A DNA stretch of 14,787 nt from Bdellovibrionota bacterium (lineage in GTDB: Bacteria > Bdellovibrionota_C > UBA2361 > JBGSMV01). Positions 1-8,128 of this stretch are shown here, piece by piece. How positions within the stretch are numbered: position 1 is the first letter of the stretch; each line of letters begins with the position of its first letter. Under the pieces are notes generated by a model. It worked only from the letters and a program-made list of their open reading frames with translations, made no database searches and was not told where the DNA came from. The stretch covers positions 1-14,787 of the forward strand of contig JBIKWF010000109.1 in NCBI GenBank assembly GCA_044356455.1, read 5' to 3'. The translations under genes were made by a program, and so were the position numbers.

Positions 1-100
1 GTTCGGCTCTGCTCTTCATGCACCTGCCCTCCTTCTCGGCAGGGCTCTTCTCTCAAAAAAACTCCCCACTCTCTACCTGAGCGCGGGAGGACGGATACCA

Positions 101-892
101 ATGATACGAGAGAACTGTTGGTTAGCAGCAATAAAATTCATTGTATTGGCCATGCTCTCTTTGGGGTTACTGAATACCACTAGCTCTCATGCTGAAGATG
201 GCCCAACAGAAGAGTCTCTGGAGATCGGGCGCCAGCTCGGCGCACTAATGGAGCACCTACTATCAGGCGGGGGCAAGGAGACCGAGCCAGCGGCGGAACC
301 TACTACTCCTCCAGCCCCATTCGCGACAGCGACACCGGGGCCATATAGGGGAGACTGCCCGGAAGGCCAATACTTGCTTTGGAATGGGATTTGTATCGGA
401 AAGAATCGACCACTTCGTCCGAACCACCCGCGCGACTTTGAATTCAAAGTTTGCTTCAAGTTTCGTGGTTCATTGTTTTGTGCTCCTGGTTACCTTGAGT
501 GCGTGACGACCGCGGATGGCAAAAAGACCTGCACCCTTAAAGTAATCACGCCTCCTTTCATTCCGAATGTAGAATGCCACTTTTCCGAAAGTCCGGATGG
601 AGGCACTGACGTTCATTGCACGCACCCAGGTCAATATCAGCCTCTTGAAAGAAAAGTTACGCCAGGACACATCACTTACCCTGGAGACGGAAAAGGGTGC
701 TTCACCCGCCAGGGTGAGCGCACACCTAATTGCTTCGAGCCGGATGATATAAAGAAAATTCCGTTCGCTCCTGAGCTGCTCCCTAAGCTGCCCGGCTATC
801 CAATTGGAGAACCGGGGTATGCGATGCCAAATCCGGAGTCTTCTACTGCCAAGCATAGCAGTGCGTCAGCTCCTGAAACGGTCCAGTGGTAA
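101..892 (+). CDS. Secreted Cys/Pro-rich hypothetical protein (263 aa)
   Basis: GGAGG at 86-90 before the ATG. Signal-peptide-like N-terminus (KFIVLAMLSLGLL...SSHA|ED), Pro/Thr linker, and 10 Cys in the predicted mature part. No family recognised. Confidence 0.75.
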   Translation: MIRENCWLAAIKFIVLAMLSLGLLNTTSSHAEDGPTEESLEIGRQLGALMEHLLSGGGKETEPAAEPTTPPAPFATATPGPYRGDCPEGQYLLWNGICIGKNRPLRPNHPRDFEFKVCFKFRGSLFCAPGYLECVTTADGKKTCTLKVITPPFIPNVECHFSESPDGGTDVHCTHPGQYQPLERKVTPGHITYPGDGKGCFTRQGERTPNCFEPDDIKKIPFAPELLPKLPGYPIGEPGYAMPNPESSTAKHSSASAPETVQW

Positions 893-893
893 A

Positions 894-1046
894 CAGCAAA
901 CTGGTACACCCCAACTTTTTCCACGTCGGTTTTGGAGCGACTCTCGGTCGCATCCTGAACAAATTCAACATGATAGCCTGGCGGAATATGCCGCAGAGTT
1001 AATCTGGGTCTTACTCGAAAACTTGGGGTGTACCAGCTTCTGCACC
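894..1046. mobile_element. 153-bp MITE/REPIN-like element, family A, copy 1
   Basis: Matches 6221-6373 and 6976-7128 except at 969 (C vs A) and 1014 (C vs T). Inverted repeats CTGGTACACCCCAACTTTT (901-919) and AAAACTTGGGGTGTACCAG (1018-1036) pair at 18/19. Internal hairpins GCGAC-N5-GTCGC (937-951) and GCGG-N6-CCGC (981-994). The repeat is seen directly; mobility is inferred. Confidence 0.85.
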
Positions 1047-2005
1047 ACCGTTTCGGGGTCCACTAGTGACCGCACCTTGATCAACATTTCGATTGCAAGC
1101 TCAGGTTCTAATAACTCTGATTTTGAGAATTCCACAACCGCAGCAGCAAAATCATCCATGTTAGGAATTTGCTGCCTCGTAACCTCATTGAGGAGGCCTC
1201 GGAAGACTTCAACACTGTGCGGTTCTGGTTTAACCTGTGAACTGCTTTCGATTTCGGTTAACAACCTCACTAGCTCTGTGTAAATTAGACTTGCAACTTT
1301 GCATTTCCCACCGATGTTAGAAAGGTTGCGAGCAAGTGTAGAGTAAGCGATGAGTTGATCGTTGGGATTAGTAAGGCGTGCGGCCAGATCAGTTCCGGCA
1401 ATCACCAGTGCGATTTGGTCCTGGCTGCGAAGTGACTGCTTGCTCTCAAACGCATTCACAAGATTTCCCCAGCTTGTTTGGACATCTTGGCTCGGCAGAT
1501 CAACACCGAAGTCCTCCAACACTTGGCTCGTGGTGCGAGTTTGGTAAATGCCGAGAGCGCCATTAAGTCTTTTGATGCCCCTGACAAGCGAGAGCACTGA
1601 CGCTACTCCCCCGGAAACTACTGTTGCTATACTGGTAGTGAATAGAACGGCGAAGCCGCTCATTCCGAGAAGCATATTATGTCCGCCCGACGCAATTCCC
1701 CAGTCTGCAAGATTACTTCCCCCTACAAAGCAGGCCCATCCCAAGCCAGCAGCCGATGCCGCGACGAGTGGCGACGTAGCAATCGACGCTAACCCAGAGA
1801 GCATTTCCTTCGTTCTTGTTCGTTGGAGGTCGCTAAAGCGGTCGGGAACCGAGAGAAGCGAAGCTTTCTTCTCGACCGCACCTGACGGGTCATCATGAGG
1901 GCATGATGGAAATGTTGCGGTGACTAGTGACGGTAGAGGTGCTGGCGCGTCGCCTAGCGCTTTGGCCCAGCCCCTAGCTTCTGGTCGGTGAGTTTCGGTA
2001 AGCAT
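965..2005 (-). CDS. Hypothetical membrane-associated protein (346 aa) whose C-terminus is encoded by element A1
   Basis: Long ORF with two Gly/Ala-rich hydrophobic segments (LASIATSPLVAASAAGLGWACFVGG; LLGMSGFAVLFTTSIATVVSGGVASVLSLV). The last ~26 codons and the stop lie inside 894-1046. Confidence 0.7.
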   Translation of the reverse strand: MLTETHRPEARGWAKALGDAPAPLPSLVTATFPSCPHDDPSGAVEKKASLLSVPDRFSDLQRTRTKEMLSGLASIATSPLVAASAAGLGWACFVGGSNLADWGIASGGHNMLLGMSGFAVLFTTSIATVVSGGVASVLSLVRGIKRLNGALGIYQTRTTSQVLEDFGVDLPSQDVQTSWGNLVNAFESKQSLRSQDQIALVIAGTDLAARLTNPNDQLIAYSTLARNLSNIGGKCKVASLIYTELVRLLTEIESSSQVKPEPHSVEVFRGLLNEVTRQQIPNMDDFAAAVVEFSKSELLEPELAIEMLIKVRSLVDPETVVQKLVHPKFSSKTQINSAAYSARLSC

Positions 2006-2103
2006 ATGTAGGTTATGCTTACGGCGTAAAGTCTACGCGCTTCTGCTCACTTCCCCTCTAAGCTCAAGAAAATGTTACCGAGGAGCGTCCAGAGGGAGCA
2101 CCT

Positions 2104-2227
2104 TAGGATACCCATTGTCCCCTATGTCTGGACTCGAGTTCCAGCTATTTGATTGGTGATTCCAAATTGTTAGCAGCACCGAAGGAATCTCAGGTAACTC
2201 TCGTGGTTACTAAGATTGGGTGTCCCA
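2104..2227. repeat. Family B inverted-terminus element, copy 1 (124 bp, degenerate left end)
   Basis: TAGGATACCCA (2104-2114, 2 mismatches to TGGGACACCCA) and TGGGTGTCCCA (2217-2227), with a 102-bp interior, the same spacing as B3. Confidence 0.6.
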
Positions 2228-2245
2228 CAGGGCAATTCTCAAGTG

Positions 2246-2272
2246 ACGCGGAGGACGCAGGGTACGCGGAGG
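2246..2272 (+). repeat. Imperfect 9-bp tandem repeat x3
   Basis: ACGCGGAGG ACGCAGGGT ACGCGGAGG. A related 9-bp-periodic motif occurs inverted at 3863-3880. Confidence 0.6.
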
Positions 2273-2480
2273 GTGAGTTTTTCAGAGGCTCCTTAGGAGA
2301 GCTGCGTAAGCAATCTAACTACTCCTCGTTCCCTTTCATTGCTGGAGCTCAGCAGCCTCCCCCTGGTTTCCAAGAGTGTTGCTCATTAGGTGCCGAATCT
2401 TCAGCCACTTACCAGAAAAGACGACATTTTAAAGGTAGGGTAAGGACTGCCCTGCGTAAGACCAGGCACTGGACGCCGCT

Positions 2481-3809
2481 ATGCCGTTAACGATCGGATC
2501 TAACATCAGCGCTCTGCAAACCCAGCGTGGCTTGAATCAAGCCAGCACGGCGCTGTCCCGTGCGCTGAATCGCCTTGCGTCCGGCTCCCGAATTACCACC
2601 GCCTCTGATGATGCTGCCGGGCTCTCTGTTGCCGACCAGCTTCGCAATAAGGGCCGTCTTTACGATACAGCGCTTCGTAACATCAATGACGGGATATCTG
2701 TGCTTAGCATTATCTCCGATACCCTTGGCAATCAGAAGTCTTTGGTGCAGCGCATGATTGAGCTGGCCGAACAATCGGCGAATGGGACCTTTTCGAGCGC
2801 TCAGCGTGATACCCTGAGCGCTGAGTACCGGCAACTTATGCAGGAATTCGGTCGGCTCGGCGACTCAACGTTCTTTAATGGTCGCAGTCTCATGCTTGGG
2901 GGCAGAGGAAGCAGTAATCCAGCATCGCTCCTCTTGCAGCTTGGGATCGATGGCGGGGCGGCGTCTCGGCTTGGGATCTCACTTGCCGACACCGGAACCC
3001 TGAGCGGCGTAATTGCCGAGTACAGCGCGCTAGGATCGGCCAGCTCGGTGGTAACTGGTGCAGAATACGAATCGTTTGATGCATTAATGGATGCGGTCCA
3101 AAATAAAGCAGTAAATCTCACTGTCAAGGACAGTCAGGGAGTGGATCGCGATATCGTGCTCGCATTCAGATACCAGTATTCGAATGGAACGTACGAGGCA
3201 GTGGTGTTTCAACGGCGTGTAGACATTGGAGACCCTGGCTATGAGCACATTTTGGAGCAGGCTTTAAGCAGCGATCCTGATAGCTGGTATGCAATGTCAG
3301 GAGTAGCGGTATCAGTTAACTCGGCGACTGGCATAGCGAGTGGTACTGGAACCATTTCGGTTAACCTAAACTTCGCCAATGGAACTGCTACTGGCGCGCT
3401 GTCGGTAGATTTGCGTGGCCTGCGATTTCTCTCTCCTATTAGTGCCCCACCACCAGTCGGAACAACCGACCGCACAAGCAACGATGGGATAACCAGTATC
3501 GAGTTTACCGGCGTTGAGAATGTGAGTCGTAGCCGAGCAGCCTTGGATATTTTGCGCAACCGACTCGACCAACTTTCTCTATTTCAAGGGAATATCGGAG
3601 CTAACCAGAGTCGCTTAACGGCGGCGCTTGAGGTGGCTAGAGCTTCAGGCGAGAATACTAAGGGAGCGGAATCCCGCATCCGCGACACCGATGTCGCTTC
3701 GGACTCCGCGATTCTTGTCGCGAGTCAAATTCGCCAATCGGTAGCAACTTCGGTTCTTGCCCAGGCCAATCAGCAAACACAATTAGCGCTCAGCCTGCTG
3801 CGCTTTTAA
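2481..3809 (+). CDS. fliC: Flagellin (442 aa)
   Basis: Flagellin N-terminal motifs (IGSNISAL, RLASGSRITTASDDAAGL, RNINDGIS, QRMIELAEQSANGT, FNG) and C-terminal motifs (IGANQSRL, AESRIRDTDVA, SVLAQANQ...LSLL) around a variable central region. Confidence 0.96.
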   Translation: MPLTIGSNISALQTQRGLNQASTALSRALNRLASGSRITTASDDAAGLSVADQLRNKGRLYDTALRNINDGISVLSIISDTLGNQKSLVQRMIELAEQSANGTFSSAQRDTLSAEYRQLMQEFGRLGDSTFFNGRSLMLGGRGSSNPASLLLQLGIDGGAASRLGISLADTGTLSGVIAEYSALGSASSVVTGAEYESFDALMDAVQNKAVNLTVKDSQGVDRDIVLAFRYQYSNGTYEAVVFQRRVDIGDPGYEHILEQALSSDPDSWYAMSGVAVSVNSATGIASGTGTISVNLNFANGTATGALSVDLRGLRFLSPISAPPPVGTTDRTSNDGITSIEFTGVENVSRSRAALDILRNRLDQLSLFQGNIGANQSRLTAALEVARASGENTKGAESRIRDTDVASDSAILVASQIRQSVATSVLAQANQQTQLALSLLRF

Positions 3810-3901
3810 TGTGAAAATATCGAACTCTTCCTCAGGAAGACCTGAAAAACTTTCTTTTTGAACTCCGTGTTCCCCGTGGTGAATTTCTTCATGTTCACAC
3901 T

Positions 3902-4028
3902 TGGGACACCCACTTTTTGTTCATTGAGGGCCCGCGAGCTCGAAACCTTTTCACTAACCATTCGAAATGATGAGCCATAGCATCGAATTGCTACCTTGTG
4001 CGTGATCGTGGAGTCATTGGGTGTCCCA
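3902..4028. repeat. Family B inverted-terminus element, copy 2 (127 bp)
   Basis: Perfect 11-bp inverted termini TGGGACACCCA (3902-3912) and TGGGTGTCCCA (4018-4028). 105-bp interior. CAGGGGG occurs twice at the right end. Confidence 0.75.
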
Positions 4029-4066
4029 GGGGGAAACCTTCAGGGGGAGCTCACTAGGGGAGCGGC

Positions 4067-6211
4067 TCATTTCTTCTCGCGTTCCCAGCCTTCTGTGCTG
4101 CTCCGCATGATACGCGTGGTGGAATACATAAGGTGCTCCCATGCGTTCGGGCTACCTTCAGCACGGTAATGTTCTTCCATTTCCCCGAAGGCGGCCATCG
4201 CTTCGGTTCCATAACGTCGCAGCAAAGCCTCAAAGTGTTGAATGAAGTTTGAGGGTAATCCTCGCATTCCAAATTTGAATGCATCAACGAGTTTTGGGAG
4301 TAGTTCTGCAGAAGGCTGAGCTTCAGCCTCCGCAAGAAGTTTTATGCAGCCGTGAATTCCCGAGCGCTGCAGTTCAAGTTCTTCTGGTTTTGTGGGAGAC
4401 CAATAAACAAGCTCATTAAGCGCGGTCGCGACCCAACTCGAATCCCCTTGCACCTTCGTGGGCAGGTTTGAAAGTCTATCCATGCAGAAGGCAATCTGTT
4501 CCGGTGACCGGCCAGCTTCTGTGAGACGGCGAAGAGACGGATGGAGAAGCTCGTTCTCACAATCGAGCATTTCAGTTGCCCGCAAACGAATTGTTTGCCG
4601 CGGTTCAGTTTGAGCTCCCATTAGTCCAAGCGCTGTTTCTAAAAGCGCATCCACTCCAGTCTGATCAAGGGCCGCAAAAACCATCTTCGCTGAGCGCTCA
4701 TAGATAAAGGGGCTTAAGCCGGGACCCACCACGGTATTTGGCGGCAGCTCCTCCGCGCCCCAGAGCCGCAGCACCTCAGCAAAGTCTTCAGTCATGTAGT
4801 CTGACTTGTCGTGACAAAGAATCGCTTCGACCGCCTGGGGGCCCATTGCAGCGAGCGCCACTACTGCGCCGCGCCGATGTGACTTATCGGCGTCAAAGAG
4901 GTCCAAAATTATCTTGTCAGGTGCACCCTGGTGACGGTCGTAGAGCATTGCCGCCTTCAGAAACACTTCACGGGGGAGGTCACCTACGTACGCGGCTCGA
5001 CCGGAAACGTCTCGAATTGCTGGTAGCGCTTGATTGGCTTGGTGAACGAATTCACGGTCCTCGAGCCCGCCTATTTTCCCAATCGTTCCGACGCAAACGG
5101 ACTGCACGCGCTGCCTAGGGGCTGGAATGACATTGGGAGGCAGGGAATCCGAAAAAGAACAGTTCGTCCACGGGTATTGCGGAAGCCTCGCGGGAGCGTC
5201 TCCTATCTTGAGAAGGAACGGCCTTTCGTGCCGAACCATACTACCGAGAGCTACGCGATCGTCCCGGGTCTGTACAAAGGGCTTGAGCCCGAAACGTTCT
5301 CCAAGCGCCAAAAGAACTTCCTCTGAACGTTCGATACCCAAGCCATTGGCTCCGCGAAAGCAGCGCATCTCTCCAAGAGGCGTTACCAGCGACACCTCGT
5401 GCAAAGTCGAATAGGCAAAGTGAAAACGCAGAAGGGGAGCACTTCCTGCGGCCACCCGCGCTCCATATTTCTCTACGGGCGCGAAGAGCTCAAAATCGTC
5501 GCCATCTTTTCCTCCCGAGCTTGGAAGTCTGCATTCTTTGGTCAAGAAGCGGTACAACGCTTCGCTGAGAGCGTGGCAGTCTGACAATGTAGTTCTAAGA
5601 GTTTGAGCATTTGCAGGTTCTTCTTTGCGCAGGAGTGCCGCGCCAATACCGGGGGGCAGCACATAGGTAAGTGCGTTCCCAAGGTCGCGCGCGGTAGCCC
5701 ACGCGATTCTCTCGCGCGCGAGAAGTACATTCTGATGAAAGACTTCTACCTCAGTAGCATCGTTTGGGAATGCGGCGCGGTAGTCTGCTAATTTAGGGTT
5801 GTCGCCAATCTTTTCTTCAATCGTGATTATATTTTGGCGGCGAAGCTCTCTGTCGTCTTGAGTGAGTCCATCGCGAAAGTAAGGATCCTGCGTGAGCGAG
5901 GTAAGGTGTTCAAAGAGATGCCGAGGTGAAAATCGTTCAGGCAGCTCTGTCATCGCTCGTGCAAAGAGTGCTCTCACGAGTTCGTCTGTTGAGGGTGGGA
6001 GCGTGCCCTTGGCTCCAAGCGCACGTGCGCGCGCCACCGCGGAGTCTGGTGCGGATAGCGGAACATCTAGGGAATTTTCAAGCCCCGGTTGTTTGGAAGC
6101 AGTAGAATGCACACCTGCTATTATGCTGGGTTTAGGTAACTTCGTCTCACAGGCAGGAACTCGGCAACTCTCCGGAATGCCTCGAGTTACCAACTGCGTT
6201 TGGAGGCTCAT
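4067..6211 (-). CDS. Large hypothetical protein (714 aa)
   Basis: 2.1-kb uninterrupted ORF. Pro/Ser-rich N-terminus and a helical-looking C-terminal third with one HEAT-like stretch (RRGAVVALAAMGPQAVEAIL). No family recognised. Confidence 0.8.
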   Translation of the reverse strand: MSLQTQLVTRGIPESCRVPACETKLPKPSIIAGVHSTASKQPGLENSLDVPLSAPDSAVARARALGAKGTLPPSTDELVRALFARAMTELPERFSPRHLFEHLTSLTQDPYFRDGLTQDDRELRRQNIITIEEKIGDNPKLADYRAAFPNDATEVEVFHQNVLLARERIAWATARDLGNALTYVLPPGIGAALLRKEEPANAQTLRTTLSDCHALSEALYRFLTKECRLPSSGGKDGDDFELFAPVEKYGARVAAGSAPLLRFHFAYSTLHEVSLVTPLGEMRCFRGANGLGIERSEEVLLALGERFGLKPFVQTRDDRVALGSMVRHERPFLLKIGDAPARLPQYPWTNCSFSDSLPPNVIPAPRQRVQSVCVGTIGKIGGLEDREFVHQANQALPAIRDVSGRAAYVGDLPREVFLKAAMLYDRHQGAPDKIILDLFDADKSHRRGAVVALAAMGPQAVEAILCHDKSDYMTEDFAEVLRLWGAEELPPNTVVGPGLSPFIYERSAKMVFAALDQTGVDALLETALGLMGAQTEPRQTIRLRATEMLDCENELLHPSLRRLTEAGRSPEQIAFCMDRLSNLPTKVQGDSSWVATALNELVYWSPTKPEELELQRSGIHGCIKLLAEAEAQPSAELLPKLVDAFKFGMRGLPSNFIQHFEALLRRYGTEAMAAFGEMEEHYRAEGSPNAWEHLMYSTTRIMRSSTEGWEREKK

Positions 6212-6220
6212 AAGCTACTT

Positions 6221-6373
6221 CAGCAAACTGGTACACCCCAACTTTTTCCACGTCGGTTTTGGAGCGACTCTCGGTCGCATCCTGAACAAATTCAAAATGA
6301 TAGCCTGGCGGAATATGCCGCAGAGTTAATCTGGGTCTTATTCGAAAACTTGGGGTGTACCAGCTTCTGCACC
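6221..6373. mobile_element. 153-bp family A element, copy 2
   Basis: Identical by eye to 6976-7128 and in the same orientation as the other copies. Begins 9 nt upstream of the ATG of the 714-aa gene. Confidence 0.85.
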
Positions 6374-6400
6374 GGCCGGCTCCAAGACAAGGACCCTGAT

Positions 6401-6847
6401 CTAAAGCGGAATCTGACGCGTATCAAAAAATGAGGCATTAAAGAGTCTCACCCAAACCACAAACACAGAGAGCGCAGCCAAACCGCTCGAAATAACAACC
6501 CGAGTTGTCCGGCTTTTAACTTTCAAAAGGTAGGGTAAAGGAGCCAAACATAGGGCCGCAACTAGTAGGTACAGGGCGCTGTCTGATGCAATCCAGTTGA
6601 AGAAGTCGTTAACTTCTGATGTCAACCGCCCGCAGCCGCTGTAGCAAATCTGAGGCCCCGAGCCGTTGGGCGTGAAATATTCATACCTTCTATCTCTTTG
6701 GAGCTCGCGTTGAAGAGCGAGCATCAAGAAACAACAAATCAGGTAAACGGCCTGCCACAATAGGACAAACGCAAGCCAGAGGAAGGGTTCTAGTGAGAAT
6801 AATGAAAACTTCGACCGAGCCGGCATCGAGACATTAGAATCTACCAT
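6401..6847 (-). CDS. Small membrane protein with about 3 TM segments (148 aa)
   Basis: SD-like AAAGGGG shortly before the ATG. Three hydrophobic segments and a loop containing CYSGC. Flanked by elements A2 and A3. Confidence 0.7.
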   Translation of the reverse strand: MVDSNVSMPARSKFSLFSLEPFLWLAFVLLWQAVYLICCFLMLALQRELQRDRRYEYFTPNGSGPQICYSGCGRLTSEVNDFFNWIASDSALYLLVAALCLAPLPYLLKVKSRTTRVVISSGLAALSVFVVWVRLFNASFFDTRQIPL

Positions 6848-6975
6848 TACTCAGACCCCTTTCAGATAAGTTTCAGGTGTGCTTTTTGTTGTTATGGAGA
6901 AAACGAATAAGTAGGACGCCTGATTCGGACACCCAAGATTTCAGACGTGCCAAATTTCGAAATATCGATTTCCTA

Positions 6976-7128
6976 CAGCAAACTGGTACACCCCAACTTT
7001 TTCCACGTCGGTTTTGGAGCGACTCTCGGTCGCATCCTGAACAAATTCAAAATGATAGCCTGGCGGAATATGCCGCAGAGTTAATCTGGGTCTTATTCGA
7101 AAACTTGGGGTGTACCAGCTTCTGCACC
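6976..7128. mobile_element. 153-bp family A element, copy 3
   Basis: Identical by eye to copy 2, with the same inverted termini and internal hairpins. Confidence 0.85.
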
Positions 7129-7212
7129 AGTTATTTAGGCGTGAGCCTTTTCTAACGAAGTGACTTCTGTCCGATGAAAGCGCGAGGCATATCCGTCCGC
7201 TATCGCGAATAT

Positions 7213-7995
7213 TTATAGCCTCTCCCACAACAGTTCGAACAGAGCGCACATCGTCTGGTAGTACTGGGGTTGGGTGATCTCAACTGCCATCTGGCTGCCC
7301 TCAGCATAGTTGGTTAGAAAAACGGAATCGCGGGCTAGGATGACGTCCGTTTGGAGCGCCGCCTCGCGTGGGACCTCCTTTATCTCGTGATTCGGATTTC
7401 GAATTCGGCGGCGATACCAGTCGAGTCGTGGTCCGGAAACGGCGATATCTCGAATACGCGGTTTTGTGCGAGCCGTCTGCTCAAGAAACTTGAGTACGAT
7501 AGCCCCAACGGCACCAGAGGTAGCACTCTCGGGATCCCAGAATGATCTAAAATCTCCGCTGCAGAGGACGTCCGAGAGCATCACGAGTGCGCCCTTGCCG
7601 GATTCTGCGGTGCGGATTCGAAGGTTACCCACTTGCAGGTGCGACCGTCTTTGGATCTTGGGGAGCTCCTCGCTCAGAAGCGTGGCGGCCAGCGCGACGT
7701 GGGCAGCTCGTTGCTCCGCCTCTCGCCTCAGTGACTCAACAATCAGGCCCGGATCCGCAGGGACATAGGTCACAATCTTCGTGCTCTGATCTCGGTGCAC
7801 TAGTCCGCGCTGCTCGAGATTAGTCAGTGATGAATAGACCGTAGAGCGCTTGATCTCTAGGCGGCGTGCGAGGACACCACCCGACGTTGGGCCTGTGGTC
7901 ATAAGATCCGCGAGGACGGTGCCCTCGGTGGTCGGGATCCCACACCGTTCCAGAAGGTTCACGATAGGTGGATGTTGTCGATCTTTCATCGGCAT
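7213..7995 (-). CDS. TrmB-family winged-HTH transcriptional regulator (260 aa)
   Basis: N-terminal pattern GxTxxExxV...GPTSGGVLARRLEIKRSTVYSSLTNLEQRGLV...Y.P.DP, a coiled linker, and a C-terminal effector-like domain ending FELLWE, as in TrmB-like regulators. Confidence 0.88.
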   Translation of the reverse strand: MPMKDRQHPPIVNLLERCGIPTTEGTVLADLMTTGPTSGGVLARRLEIKRSTVYSSLTNLEQRGLVHRDQSTKIVTYVPADPGLIVESLRREAEQRAAHVALAATLLSEELPKIQRRSHLQVGNLRIRTAESGKGALVMLSDVLCSGDFRSFWDPESATSGAVGAIVLKFLEQTARTKPRIRDIAVSGPRLDWYRRRIRNPNHEIKEVPREAALQTDVILARDSVFLTNYAEGSQMAVEITQPQYYQTMCALFELLWERL

Positions 7996-8040
7996 TTCTA
8001 TATCACATAATCTACTATAATTAATATAGAATTTATGATT
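7996..8040. promoter_or_regulatory. AT-rich divergent promoter/operator candidate
   Basis: TATAAT at 8016-8021 on +, and inverted repeat TTCTATAT (7996-8003) / ATATAGAA (8024-8031), between two divergent GC-rich genes. Confidence 0.5.
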
Positions 8041-8128
8041 TCTAGCTCATTCGACGAACTTATTTCAGCGGATATTGGAGACTCTCTTCACGACCCGCAC
8101 TGAAGCGAGGTCTTTAAAGAGGAGTGAT

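Noticed and set aside
2370..2399. Sigma-28 promoter for the flagellin (CCAAG...GCCGAATC)
   Set aside because: The -10-like GCCGAATC (2392-2399) is suggestive, but the -35 match and spacing are poor; not supportable without TSS data.
2149..2490. 113-aa ORF upstream of the flagellin
   Set aside because: TTG start inside element B1, runs through repeat motifs, and shows no protein-like features.
4054..5791. Short ORFs nested in or antisense to the 714-aa gene, and similar ones within the flagellin, TrmB, DHH, GT4, M23 and Lrp genes
   Set aside because: Shadow ORFs expected in GC-rich coding DNA, with no recognisable motifs.
894..7128. Family A repeats as a CRISPR array
   Set aside because: Units are 153 bp and separated by 0.6-5.2 kb containing genes; no cas genes are present.
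6221..7128. Family A repeats as canonical integron attC sites
   Set aside because: The layout is cassette-like, but the ends lack proper RYYYAAC/GTTRRRY boxes (closest are the internal CCCCAAC and CTTGGGG) and no integrase is in the window.
804..7249. ORFs 804-1283, 5892-6329, 6200-6433, 6877-7155 and 6941-7249 sharing peptide blocks as a paralogous gene family
   Set aside because: The shared peptides are translations of the family A element; most of these ORFs overlap better-supported genes and have weak starts.
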